Of a stretch of DNA of 32,698 bases, positions 17,197-25,893 are shown piece after piece (position 1 is the first letter of the stretch; every line of letters begins with the position of its first letter). Both the position numbers and the translations under genes were made by a program. The DNA lies in contig JALXBF010000181.1 of the NCBI GenBank assembly GCA_026991575.1, forward strand, positions 1 to 32,698. Reading direction: 5' to 3'. The stretch comes from Planctomycetota bacterium. Its GTDB lineage: Bacteria; Planctomycetota; Planctomycetia; JALXBF01. A model generated the notes under the pieces. The model did no database searches, was not told where the DNA came from, and saw only the letters and a list, made by a program, of their open reading frames with translations.

Positions 17197-19404
17197 ATGG
17201 TGCAAGCTGGGCACGCCCAGCACAGGCCGCTTTGCCCGCCGCGACCCCAGAACGTACCGCCCGGGTTGACTGAACCCAGCCGACGCTATCGCCGGCTGAC
17301 ACAGATCCTGGCTCTGAAGGTGCTGCTGTTCGTACTCGTCTACCTGTTCGCGACGGCCGTCTCCCTGTGGTTTGCTTACCGGTTGTTCACGATGGGAATG
17401 CCGTCGCCCGGGCTGTTGTTCGGCTTTAAGGTCTTGGTGCAATATGGCAGTGCGGCTGCCTTTGCGCTGGTCGGGCTGTATCTGGCCAAGATGGCCGTGC
17501 GGTGCCGCAAGTGGCGACTGCCGTGGCACACTGAGCTAACCGAAGAGAATGCTCCCCAGCTCTGGAGCTTTTTGCAACGCGTCTCTCAGGAGCTGGGTGC
17601 ACCGGCTCCCGCGCGTGTCTTCGTGACGCACGAGGTGACGGCGGCCATCGTGTACGACCTCTCGGCGCTGAATCTGCTGGTTCCACCTCGTGGGCACCTG
17701 GTCATTGGTTTGGGCTTGCTGAACGTCACGAACCTGTCCGAATTCAAGGCCGTCCTGGCTCACGAACTAGCCCATTTCTCGCGGCACAGTGGCTTCCTGC
17801 ACAGCTACATCATCGCGGCTGCTCGGACCGTCCAGCACCTGGTTTACGGCGAGGATCCGCTCGATCGCCTGCTGCAGAAGTGGGCGGCATTGCCCATCCC
17901 GTTGTCGCTGCCGGCGCTGATCGTGCTGCCCATGGTTGCGGTTCTGGTGACCGCACTTCAGGCCCTGTACGGGACGATCGAACGTACGTACTTGGCTTTG
18001 AGCCGGGAGCAGGAGTATGAAGCTGACGCGATTGCCATTTCGGTCGCCGGCTCTGAGGCTGTTGCCGGCGTGCTGGCGCGAACGGACTATGCTGGGCGGT
18101 GCCTGGAGGTTACGAAGCACTACCTCGATCTAGCTGCGGACGTCGGGCTGTTCAGCAGGGATCTGTTTACCCACCACGCCTACATCTGCAGCGTGGGTCT
18201 CCGGAGCCGCGGTCGCATTGGTCAGCTGCCCCGGCCCCGAGACCCGCGCGAGCTGGCACGGGAGAGCGAGCAGGAGGATCCCGATTCAACACATCCACCG
18301 TTGTCGTCGCGTGTTCGACGAGTTCTGCAGTGGCAGGTGGCGTGCCCGATGGACGACCGTCCGGCGTGGCTGCTGTTTGAGGGCGCTGAGAGCGTGCGTG
18401 TGGCCGTGACGCTTAGCTTTTACCGGGACGTGCTTGGCGTGCGCAAGGCGATCACGCTGCAAGAGCCGGAGTCCGGGCAACGGTTCATCCGGGGTGAGTT
18501 GGAGGTGGCCGCTTTCCTGGGCAGTCACAAACCCTCGATTCGGGTCGAATCGTTCTATCCCGGGTACGTCGAGGACCAGCCGGCACCGAGCCCGGCAGAG
18601 CTCCGAGCCTACTTCGCGCATTGGCCCCCCGATGAAAGCGAAACCCAGCAAGCCGAGGCTCTGGTGGAACAGCGACGCTGGCGCTGCATTGAGCTACTTA
18701 GTCAAGCGGAGCTGGCCGGGCGGCACATGGAACCGGATGAACGGCGCCGCCTGCAGGCGGCCACCAATCTGCTTGCGCGGGCTGAAACGGCATGGAACGA
18801 GGCTGTCCGCGAGGAGCACGACCGCTTCATGAGGATGCATCTGGCTGTTGCCCGGGAGCTAGATGCCCGTGCAGGACAGCAGCGCTACGTCCCGCAACTG
18901 CTGGCCGGCCTGCGATTCCAGCGATGGCTGGCCGATCGGCAGTCGCTACTGCGGCAGTTGGAGGATCAAAGTGTTCTGGTCCTGCAGCGCCTGCTGCGCA
19001 TCGTGGGCTCCTGGTACGTTTTTGACGCCACGGTCGAAGTGTTCTGCCGCAGCGTGTCCGAATTCCAGACCGCGTTTTACCGGTTCTGCGAGCAGCTCAA
19101 GGATCGGCTCTGCCCACCGTTGGTCAACGTACCCCGTGGGGCGGACGTGTACGAGTTGGTTGCGCGGCCGGTGCTGGCGCGGCTGGGTAAGGCTAGGGCC
19201 GTTGTGGATAACGACGATTCCGCTGCGGAAGTGCTTACGGTAATGCATGCGTTTTTCCGAACTGCTGCCGCAATGGAACGGATTGCCGTGCGGTTAACGC
19301 GTCTACGCGAGCTGCACCTCGCGTCGCTTCTGAACCTGTGTGAGCGGCTTCGGACCGAGTGGCTGAATAAGCCGCACGCGGTCCGTGGGCAACCCGCAGA
19401 CTGA
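17197..19404 (+). CDS. M48 family (HtpX-like) membrane zinc metalloprotease with long helical C-terminal extension
   Basis: Two N-terminal TM segments, then AVLAHELAHF (HExxH), SREQEYEADA and STHPP. ATG 17197 is preceded by GAAAGG; the ORF track extends to 17032. Confidence 0.87.
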   Translation: MVQAGHAQHRPLCPPRPQNVPPGLTEPSRRYRRLTQILALKVLLFVLVYLFATAVSLWFAYRLFTMGMPSPGLLFGFKVLVQYGSAAAFALVGLYLAKMAVRCRKWRLPWHTELTEENAPQLWSFLQRVSQELGAPAPARVFVTHEVTAAIVYDLSALNLLVPPRGHLVIGLGLLNVTNLSEFKAVLAHELAHFSRHSGFLHSYIIAAARTVQHLVYGEDPLDRLLQKWAALPIPLSLPALIVLPMVAVLVTALQALYGTIERTYLALSREQEYEADAIAISVAGSEAVAGVLARTDYAGRCLEVTKHYLDLAADVGLFSRDLFTHHAYICSVGLRSRGRIGQLPRPRDPRELARESEQEDPDSTHPPLSSRVRRVLQWQVACPMDDRPAWLLFEGAESVRVAVTLSFYRDVLGVRKAITLQEPESGQRFIRGELEVAAFLGSHKPSIRVESFYPGYVEDQPAPSPAELRAYFAHWPPDESETQQAEALVEQRRWRCIELLSQAELAGRHMEPDERRRLQAATNLLARAETAWNEAVREEHDRFMRMHLAVARELDARAGQQRYVPQLLAGLRFQRWLADRQSLLRQLEDQSVLVLQRLLRIVGSWYVFDATVEVFCRSVSEFQTAFYRFCEQLKDRLCPPLVNVPRGADVYELVARPVLARLGKARAVVDNDDSAAEVLTVMHAFFRTAAAMERIAVRLTRLRELHLASLLNLCERLRTEWLNKPHAVRGQPAD

Positions 19405-19658
19405 CCGACCGTGCCGCAACGGCCTCGGTCGGTTGGCACGCCGTCGGTACAGCAGACGTGTCGAACGAAGCAATACGGTGTTGGGCATGCCGCGGTGTTT
19501 GCCCAGCGGAGGCGGCGTCATCTCATGGATGCGCCGCCTTCTGGGCGTTGTGTCTGAGAGAGGCTGACGCTTCGGCGCGGCGCGAGTGCGTTGCAGGCGG
19601 CGTCCGGGCGGCGAGCAGGTATGGCGCCGCGGGCGCCGGTTCGCGTCGATGCCGCTCG

Positions 19659-20804
19659 TCAGAGTCTACGGTACCGGTTGCCCGGTAGCTTTTGCACGAA
19701 CCGGCGGAGTTCGAGCCGAGTGAGCATAGCGGCAAGAGCGGCCGGTTCAACGGCCAGCTCGGCCACGAGTTGGTCGAACTCGAGTGTTCGGTTGCCCAGT
19801 GTCGCGATCAGTTGGTGCTCGGTGTCGGATAGTTGTGACCGGAACGGGTGCTCACCGCGCGTGACTCCGGCCAGCCTGGCGGCCTCATCCCGGACCACCT
19901 CGAAAATGTCCTCAGCCGACTCGGCCAGCAGCGCGCCGTCCTTGATCAGCCGATGGCAGCCCTGGCTGACCGGACTGTCGACCGGACCGGGTACGGCGAA
20001 GACATCTTTGCCCTGCTCCAATGCGTGAGCGACGGTGATCAATGCCCCGCTCCGGATGGCGGCTTCGACCACGAGCACTGCAAGGCTCAGTCCGCTGATG
20101 ATGCGGTTCCGCATAGGGAAAAGCCCTGCCTTCGGGGCCCTGGTCATCGGGCTCTCACTCACCAGCGCCCCGCGCGATGCAATCGCTTCGGCAAGCTCGT
20201 AGTGTTCGGGCGGGTAGATTTCATGGAGGCCGCACGCGAGCACTGCGATGGTGCGACCGCCGTGACGCAGCGCCGCGCGGTGCGCGGCGGCGTCGATGCC
20301 GCGGGCCAGGCCGCTGACGATCGTAAAGCCGATCGCTGCCAGGCCCCCGGCGAGCCGTTCCGTCTGGCGCAGGCCGTAGGCCGTAGCGGCGCGACTACCG
20401 ACAACCGCGATCGCCAGCTGATCCTCAGGCAGCAGTTCGCCTCGTACCCACAGGACCAGCGGGGGCACAGGGATCTGGGCAAGTGACGGAGGGTAGTCGG
20501 GATCGCACGCCCAGATGAGCCGGACGTTCTCGCGGCGGCACAGGGTCAGCTCATGCGCGAGCCGCTCGTCAGTCGCCTGGCTGGCAAGCTGCTGAGCCAG
20601 CTTCGGGCCAACGCCCGGGACTTCAGTGAGCTCGGCCGTCGCGGCGGCGAGCACCCGCGTCGGCGAGCCAAAGTGTGCCAGAAGACGCCGCGCCAGCACC
20701 GATCCGATGCCGTCTACTAGAAGCAGCTTCAGGAACGCAGACCGTTCGCGGTCGTCCCACTGACGGGCGCAGTCCACAAACTCGCGGAACTCCAGCTCCA
20801 GCAT
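19659..20804 (-). CDS. dprA: DNA-processing protein DprA/Smf
   Basis: VPGVGPK (HhH), DYPPSLAQIPVPP, VVGSR, IVSGLARGIDAAAH, FPMRNRIISGLS, VVEAAIRSGALIT, VFAVPG, GCHRLIKDGA and C-terminal LTRLEL. GAGGT SD overlaps the aroB stop. Confidence 0.95.
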   Translation of the reverse strand: MLELEFREFVDCARQWDDRERSAFLKLLLVDGIGSVLARRLLAHFGSPTRVLAAATAELTEVPGVGPKLAQQLASQATDERLAHELTLCRRENVRLIWACDPDYPPSLAQIPVPPLVLWVRGELLPEDQLAIAVVGSRAATAYGLRQTERLAGGLAAIGFTIVSGLARGIDAAAHRAALRHGGRTIAVLACGLHEIYPPEHYELAEAIASRGALVSESPMTRAPKAGLFPMRNRIISGLSLAVLVVEAAIRSGALITVAHALEQGKDVFAVPGPVDSPVSQGCHRLIKDGALLAESAEDIFEVVRDEAARLAGVTRGEHPFRSQLSDTEHQLIATLGNRTLEFDQLVAELAVEPAALAAMLTRLELRRFVQKLPGNRYRRL

Positions 20805-20814
20805 GGCCTGAACC

Positions 20815-21942
20815 TCACGACCGACACCACTGAATTGCCTCACGCACCGCCGTCGGGCTCACCCCCCTCACCACTCTAACCTCACCAATGCGCACCGGCA
20901 GGACTAGCGTCAGCTCACCGCGGCTAGCCTTCTTGTCACGCGCCATGACCTCCAGTACCCGTTCCACGCTAAGTTCCGGCGGGAACCGGACCGGCAGCCC
21001 GGCTCGTTGCAGGACCGTTCGCAGCCGCCGGCAGACGGTTTCGTCCGCCAGTGCGAGCAACTCCGCCGTCTTCGCAGCGGCCACCATGCCGATGGCAACC
21101 GCCTCGCCGTGCGTGTATTCACTGGACAGCCCCTCAATCGCATGGCCGAAGGTATGGCCGAAGTTCAGCACGGCCCGACGCCCGCTCAGGTCACGCTCAT
21201 CGGCAGCGACGACGGCCGCCTTCAACTCGCAGCAGCGGGCTACAATCGGCACAAGACTGGACGGTTCGCGTTCCAGTAGAGTTGCTAGCTCGTGCTCAAT
21301 CCGCTCAAACAAACACTCGTCTAACGCCGCACCGTACTTGATCACCTCCGCCAGGCCTGAGCGGAACTCTCGCCGCGGCAGGCTGCCGAGCAGGTTGACG
21401 TCAATGAAGACCGCCGACGGTTGGTAGAAGGTACCGATGAGGTTCTTGACCAGGAAGCCGCGCGGGTCGCGGAAGTTAACGCCTACCTTACCCCCCACCG
21501 AACTATCAACCTGCGCGATCAGACTGGTTGGTACCTGCAGGAACGGAACGCCACGGGCGTAGGTCGCGGCCACGAAACCGGCTAGATCGCCTACGACGCC
21601 GCCGCCCAGCGCGACAACGAGCGTGTTGCGATCGGCGTTTGCCAGGCTTAGCGCGGCATACAGCTTCTGCACGTGTTCCAACGACTTGCTCTGCTCACCG
21701 GGGGGAACAACATGCAGCTGCGTGCTCCAACCGGCTGCGGCAAACGAGTCGACGACCGCCTCCCCGAACGCGCTGCCCGTATTCTCGTCGGCCACAACCG
21801 CGCACAGCCACCCGTGCGGGACGGCGTGACGCGCATACGGCCCTAACCGATCCAGCCACCCCGAGCTGATCCAGATCGGATAGCTGCGCTCGGCGAGTTC
21901 GACGCGAACGATGTGCTCCTTGGTTGGCCCAGAGTCAGTCAT
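20815..21942 (-). CDS. aroB: 3-dehydroquinate synthase
   Basis: RSYPI, PGEQSKS, ALGGGVVGDLAGFVAATYARG, QVPTSLIAQVDSSVGGK, KNLIG, GLAEVIKY, LNFGHTFGHAIE, HGEAVAIGM and DKK. Start placed at ATG 21942; the extension to 22275 looks non-coding. Confidence 0.95.
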   Translation of the reverse strand: MTDSGPTKEHIVRVELAERSYPIWISSGWLDRLGPYARHAVPHGWLCAVVADENTGSAFGEAVVDSFAAAGWSTQLHVVPPGEQSKSLEHVQKLYAALSLANADRNTLVVALGGGVVGDLAGFVAATYARGVPFLQVPTSLIAQVDSSVGGKVGVNFRDPRGFLVKNLIGTFYQPSAVFIDVNLLGSLPRREFRSGLAEVIKYGAALDECLFERIEHELATLLEREPSSLVPIVARCCELKAAVVAADERDLSGRRAVLNFGHTFGHAIEGLSSEYTHGEAVAIGMVAAAKTAELLALADETVCRRLRTVLQRAGLPVRFPPELSVERVLEVMARDKKASRGELTLVLPVRIGEVRVVRGVSPTAVREAIQWCRS

Positions 21943-22257
21943 CGTGGTCGTCTTTGGTCTTGAGCCGTTGGTCCGAGGCTCGTTGAACGTTGCGATCGGG
22001 GCCGGGCTTCGACGTCCGGAGGTGCCTTCGCGCAGCCGATCCGCGAGCTGTCGTCGCCCACGCCATCTGAAGCGTAGACCGGTGCCGAATGGTTGTCCAG
22101 CCAGCAGCCGGGGCGGCGGCAATGTCAAACCCGGTGCGCGGACGGTGCGCCAGCCGGCTCCAGGCCAACCATGCGACCAACACCGGCGACATGGTCCGAC
22201 CCGGCTTTCCCAGTGCCCCACGTCGGCCGACCCGATGGCGTACGCTTGCGGCTCGTC

Positions 22258-22285
22258 TTGACACGGAGCGCTCAACCAGCAGAAT
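22258..22285 (+). promoter_or_regulatory. Putative sigma70 promoter of the two-lipoprotein operon
   Basis: TTGACA (22258-22263)-N16-CAGAAT (22280-22285), followed by SD AGGAGG (22308-22313) and ATG 22322. Confidence 0.55.
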
Positions 22286-22321
22286 CACCAGTCACTTTGG
22301 CCGGAACAGGAGGGCTACACC

Positions 22322-22942
22322 ATGAGACGGGAGGCACTTCTGAGCATTTGCCTGGTAACGACGCTGGCATCTCTACTTGCCGGTTGCCGCGCGACACCTA
22401 CAGCCCACGTTCTGCGTCCCGATGCGCCAGACCTGGTCGGGACCACCCGAGCCGGTGCCGAGACCTACCGCCCGCTGATTGAGGAGGCCGTCCGCAAGCT
22501 GCTTGCCCGGCAGCGTCCGTCGGTACGCACCGCGGGCACAGAGACACGACCGCTGCGGGTCTGCTTCGTCGGGGTTGAGAACCGAAGCGCAGAGGAACTG
22601 GGCGATTTCAAGGAGCAGATCTACGAAATGATCGACACGTTGCTGGAGAACTCCGCCAGCTACCGGTCCGTTAGCCGACGCTACCTGCAGGCAGCCTTGC
22701 GCGAAACGGGCCTGCGGCCCGATCAGCTGTTTCTGCCGGCTAACATGCGTCTGGTGGCTGCCGCACTGGAGCGCCAGGGGCAGCCGGTCGATTGCCTGCT
22801 GTTCGCGAAACTCACCTCCGGAACCACCCGGGCCGATCGCACCACCCAGCGAGACTACCTGCTGACGCTGGAGCTGGTCAACGTTCGGACCGGCGATTAC
22901 GACAAAGAATCCGCTTTGCTTCGCAAGCACTACCGCCGGTAG
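22322..22942 (+). CDS. Lipoprotein, LpoB-like / CsgG-FlgO-type fold
   Basis: Lipobox LLAGC; core VCFVGVENRSAEEL; C-terminal DYLLTLELVNVRTG typical of LpoB/CsgG-like proteins; strong SD. Confidence 0.75.
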   Translation: MRREALLSICLVTTLASLLAGCRATPTAHVLRPDAPDLVGTTRAGAETYRPLIEEAVRKLLARQRPSVRTAGTETRPLRVCFVGVENRSAEELGDFKEQIYEMIDTLLENSASYRSVSRRYLQAALRETGLRPDQLFLPANMRLVAAALERQGQPVDCLLFAKLTSGTTRADRTTQRDYLLTLELVNVRTGDYDKESALLRKHYRR

Positions 22943-22953
22943 GTCGCCCGGTC

Positions 22954-24297
22954 ATGAGCCACATTGCAGAGCGGTTTCGTGCGGCGGTCAGTTTGCTGGT
23001 GCTCGGCCTGTTGCCTGGTTGCGCCACGCACACGGAGCGTATTGCTGATGCCCGCCGCACGTTCTACCAGGGGGACGCCGCGACCGCAGCGCGATTGCTT
23101 GAAGCGCAGGCCCGCGAAGAGAGCCACGATGCGGACGTCATCAAGCTGGACCTGGCCCTGGTGCAGCTCTTTGACGGGAAACCCCAGCTGGCCGAGGCGA
23201 TCCTGCGCGAGGTACGTGACCGGATGGACTACTTCGAGCAGCTGGACGTGCGCGAGCAGCTCGCGGCGCTGGTCGCCGACGATCGCAGGACCGCCTACCC
23301 GGGCGAGGACTACGAGAAAGTGCTGCTTCGGCTAATGCTTGCTTTCAGCGACCTGATGCACGATGGCGACGACGCCCTCGCATACGCCTTTCAGACAATC
23401 GAAAAGCAGCAGCAGATTATCCAGGCGGGTGTGCCCGGCGTGGCGGACAACCCAAAAGAGGAGCGCTATCGGCAGGTGGCCGCGGCTGCGTACCTGTACG
23501 CGCTGTTGCGCGAGGCGACGTACACGGACTACGACGACGCCGTTCGGTGGTACAAGCGCGTTGCCCAGTGGGCGCCACAGTATCGTGCCGTGAAACGGGA
23601 CATCGAGCGGGCCGCCCAGGGGGGGTACGCCCGGCCGGGCCACGGAGTGGTTTACGTGTTCGCTTTCGTGGACCGCGGTCCGTACAAAGTGGAAACGGAA
23701 CACGTTCCGGGCACGGCAGCGATCGGAATTGCGTCGGCGTTGATCACCGTCGCCGGGCCGTACACACTGCCACCTCAGGTGGCACCGGTGAAGATCCCGG
23801 CCGTCGTTGCCCCGCCGACCAAAGTGGCCGAGGTACTTGTCCAAGCCGGAGGCCGAGTGGTCGGCCGCACGGAGACGCTGACGGATGTTGCGGCTATGGC
23901 TGTCGAGCAGTTCGAGGCCGTCAGACCGTACGTGGTGGCGAAAGCGTTGGTCCGGCGGGCACTGAAGCAGGGTGCGGTCTATGCGGTGAAGGACGCATTG
24001 GACGTGCGCGATCCGCTGGTGCAAGTCGCGTTAGACGTCGTGGGGGTGGCTTGGCAGGCAACCGAACGGGCCGATACCCGCTGCTGGAGTCTGCTGCCCG
24101 GCCGGATTCAGGCTACGCGCCTGGAGCTTCCCACGGGAACACACGCGCTGACGCTGCAGGCGCGTGGCGTGGACGGTCGGACCGGCCCTCCGGTGGACGT
24201 GACCGTGCCCGTTGAGTCGTCGCGGACCACCTTCATCCTGGCGTACTTTCCAACGCTCCGACCCACCGGCCGCGTGCTGGTCAGCGAGCCACGATAG
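22954..24297 (+). CDS. COG3014-like TPR lipoprotein
   Basis: Lipobox LLPGC after a hydrophobic stretch from ATG 22954. YPGEDYEKVL and TERADTRCWSLLP match my recollection of COG3014 motifs. Starts 11 nt after the LpoB-like stop. Confidence 0.75.
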   Translation: MSHIAERFRAAVSLLVLGLLPGCATHTERIADARRTFYQGDAATAARLLEAQAREESHDADVIKLDLALVQLFDGKPQLAEAILREVRDRMDYFEQLDVREQLAALVADDRRTAYPGEDYEKVLLRLMLAFSDLMHDGDDALAYAFQTIEKQQQIIQAGVPGVADNPKEERYRQVAAAAYLYALLREATYTDYDDAVRWYKRVAQWAPQYRAVKRDIERAAQGGYARPGHGVVYVFAFVDRGPYKVETEHVPGTAAIGIASALITVAGPYTLPPQVAPVKIPAVVAPPTKVAEVLVQAGGRVVGRTETLTDVAAMAVEQFEAVRPYVVAKALVRRALKQGAVYAVKDALDVRDPLVQVALDVVGVAWQATERADTRCWSLLPGRIQATRLELPTGTHALTLQARGVDGRTGPPVDVTVPVESSRTTFILAYFPTLRPTGRVLVSEPR

Positions 24298-24691
24298 CAC
24301 GCAGAGCACTTCTGTCGGCCACGCTCGAGGCGTGTTGGCAACCCTGGCGACCGGACCCTGCGTCGACCGTCACGGGCAGCCGGACGAGCATGGGACGGGC
24401 TGGTTGAGCGTTTCGTGCGGATTCGTCCAGAAACCCGGCGCCTGACAGACGTCCACAGCAACGAGTAGCGGACCTGGCAGTGCGTCTCACACGGCCGACC
24501 TGCCGCCGAGCCCCTCCACGAGCTTCGCTGAGCGCGTTCCCTTTTGGGCCGGGCGCTCCAGACGGGAGGCACCAGGCCCGGGCAGAGCAGCTGGCGGGCG
24601 CCGCACGCTCCAGCGTAGCCACGGCCTCGGTGCGCTGTCGGGGCTGGTGGGTTCCGGCGGGGTTCAGAGCGCCGACGGCCTCGTGCGTGGG

Positions 24692-25537
24692 CTACGCGAC
24701 GATTGGGCCAGGAGTCAGATGGTAGATCTCTTCAAAGCTGTACAGTTCCAGCACGTAGTCCACGGTGGGAGGGCTGGGCGGTTGTGGCTCGCCTTTCGGA
24801 TCGGCCTCTCGTGGGATGCCCGCTACGTCGTAGCCGGGTCCACCGCGCAGTACGAAGCGCGCTCCCGGGGCACTCTCGGGCGAGAACATGGTGACCGTGT
24901 CATTGTGGCGGCCGGTGCGCACGACAAACTGAGCGCCGGGCAGCGTGGTCAAGCCGACAGTAGGTGTCATTCCCGGCTCCAGCTCCTCTGTGTCGCTCGA
25001 GCGCGGGCCACCCAGCGCCACGGTATCCCGACCGTTGCCCGTCCAGACCCCGACTCTGCGGAACAGTACCCCGCCGAGAAGCTCTACCTCATCGGCCTGG
25101 CCGCCCGTGTAGACGCGAAGCAGGTGCCCGGTGCTATCTTCGACGCGAACCTCATCGCGTCCCGAGCCCGTGCGGATGGCCACCAGGTCGGAGCTGGTTC
25201 CGGTGACGGACACGCTGTCGTTGCCGCGCCCGGTTGCGATGGCCAGACTGTTGATGCCCGGCTCCAGGGTGACGCCGTCGATCTCGATGTGGTCATGGCC
25301 GCGGCCCGTGACCACGACCAGATGACGAACGCCTACGAATGATGCCTCTGCCTGGCCATTGATAGTGGTCGAGTCAAGACCACGGACGATGACCGCGTCA
25401 TCCACCTCGGTGATCTGGATCCCGTTGGCTGCGCGGTCGCCTCGCACCAACAGAACGCCGCGCTCCATTTCGGCGATCACGTTGCCGGTGAAAACTCCGG
25501 ATAACAGACAACGGGGTTCAAGTTCTTCGATACGCAT
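24692..25537 (-). CDS. Planctomycete extracellular (LEPR-XLL) protein with RTX-like TGxGxD repeats
   Basis: MRIEELEPRCLLS leader and seven repeats: TGRGHD, TGRGND, TGSGRD, TGGQAD, TGNGRD, TGRHND, GGPGYD. GGGAGG lies 6 nt before ATG 25537; the ORF track extends to 25630. Confidence 0.8.
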   Translation of the reverse strand: MRIEELEPRCLLSGVFTGNVIAEMERGVLLVRGDRAANGIQITEVDDAVIVRGLDSTTINGQAEASFVGVRHLVVVTGRGHDHIEIDGVTLEPGINSLAIATGRGNDSVSVTGTSSDLVAIRTGSGRDEVRVEDSTGHLLRVYTGGQADEVELLGGVLFRRVGVWTGNGRDTVALGGPRSSDTEELEPGMTPTVGLTTLPGAQFVVRTGRHNDTVTMFSPESAPGARFVLRGGPGYDVAGIPREADPKGEPQPPSPPTVDYVLELYSFEEIYHLTPGPIVA

Positions 25538-25690
25538 GCGGAACCTCCCGAAACGTTGCGCCTTCCATTTGGCGATGGGTTCCCCAGGCAGCAGCACGTG
25601 CTTGTGCGCGGGACTGGCCCCATCGTCCACTGGCCAGACTGCGGTCGCCGCCCCACCTGTGCAAGAGGGGCTAGCGGTTCAACTAATTCC

Positions 25691-25720
25691 TTAGTACACT
25701 GCGCCGCGCCCCGTTGTCAA
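25691..25720 (-). promoter_or_regulatory. Putative sigma70 promoter upstream of LEPR-XLL gene
   Basis: Minus-strand TTGACA (25720-25715)-N18-TACTAA (25696-25691) in a locally AT-rich patch. The -10 match is imperfect. Confidence 0.45.
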
Positions 25721-25893
25721 GACTAGTTGCGCTCCGTGGCGGATTGTGCCCGTGCGGCTGGGACGCCCGCGTGGGGAGGTGTTGGGCGTTGCGTTGAACG
25801 GCTCCGTGTCCGCTTTCCGCGTGATCTGTCCGGGGGCGCGTGCGGAAGGAGGGAATCAGGCCCCGTGCAACACGGCTGCGACAGATGCTTGTT

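Noticed and set aside
21943..22275. 111-aa N-terminal extension of AroB
   Set aside because: It is low-complexity, overlaps the opposite-strand promoter, and AroB homology begins near VRVELAERSY.
24298..24691. Convergent intergenic gap with an imperfect hairpin near 24546-24579
   Set aside because: Pairing is interrupted, no U-tract follows the hairpin on either strand, and there is no credible ORF.
25545..25586. Loose resemblance of minus-strand GGGAACCC...GGCGCAACG to a c-di-GMP-I riboswitch
   Set aside because: It lacks the GNRA tetraloop, the GCAAAG core and the P2 stem.
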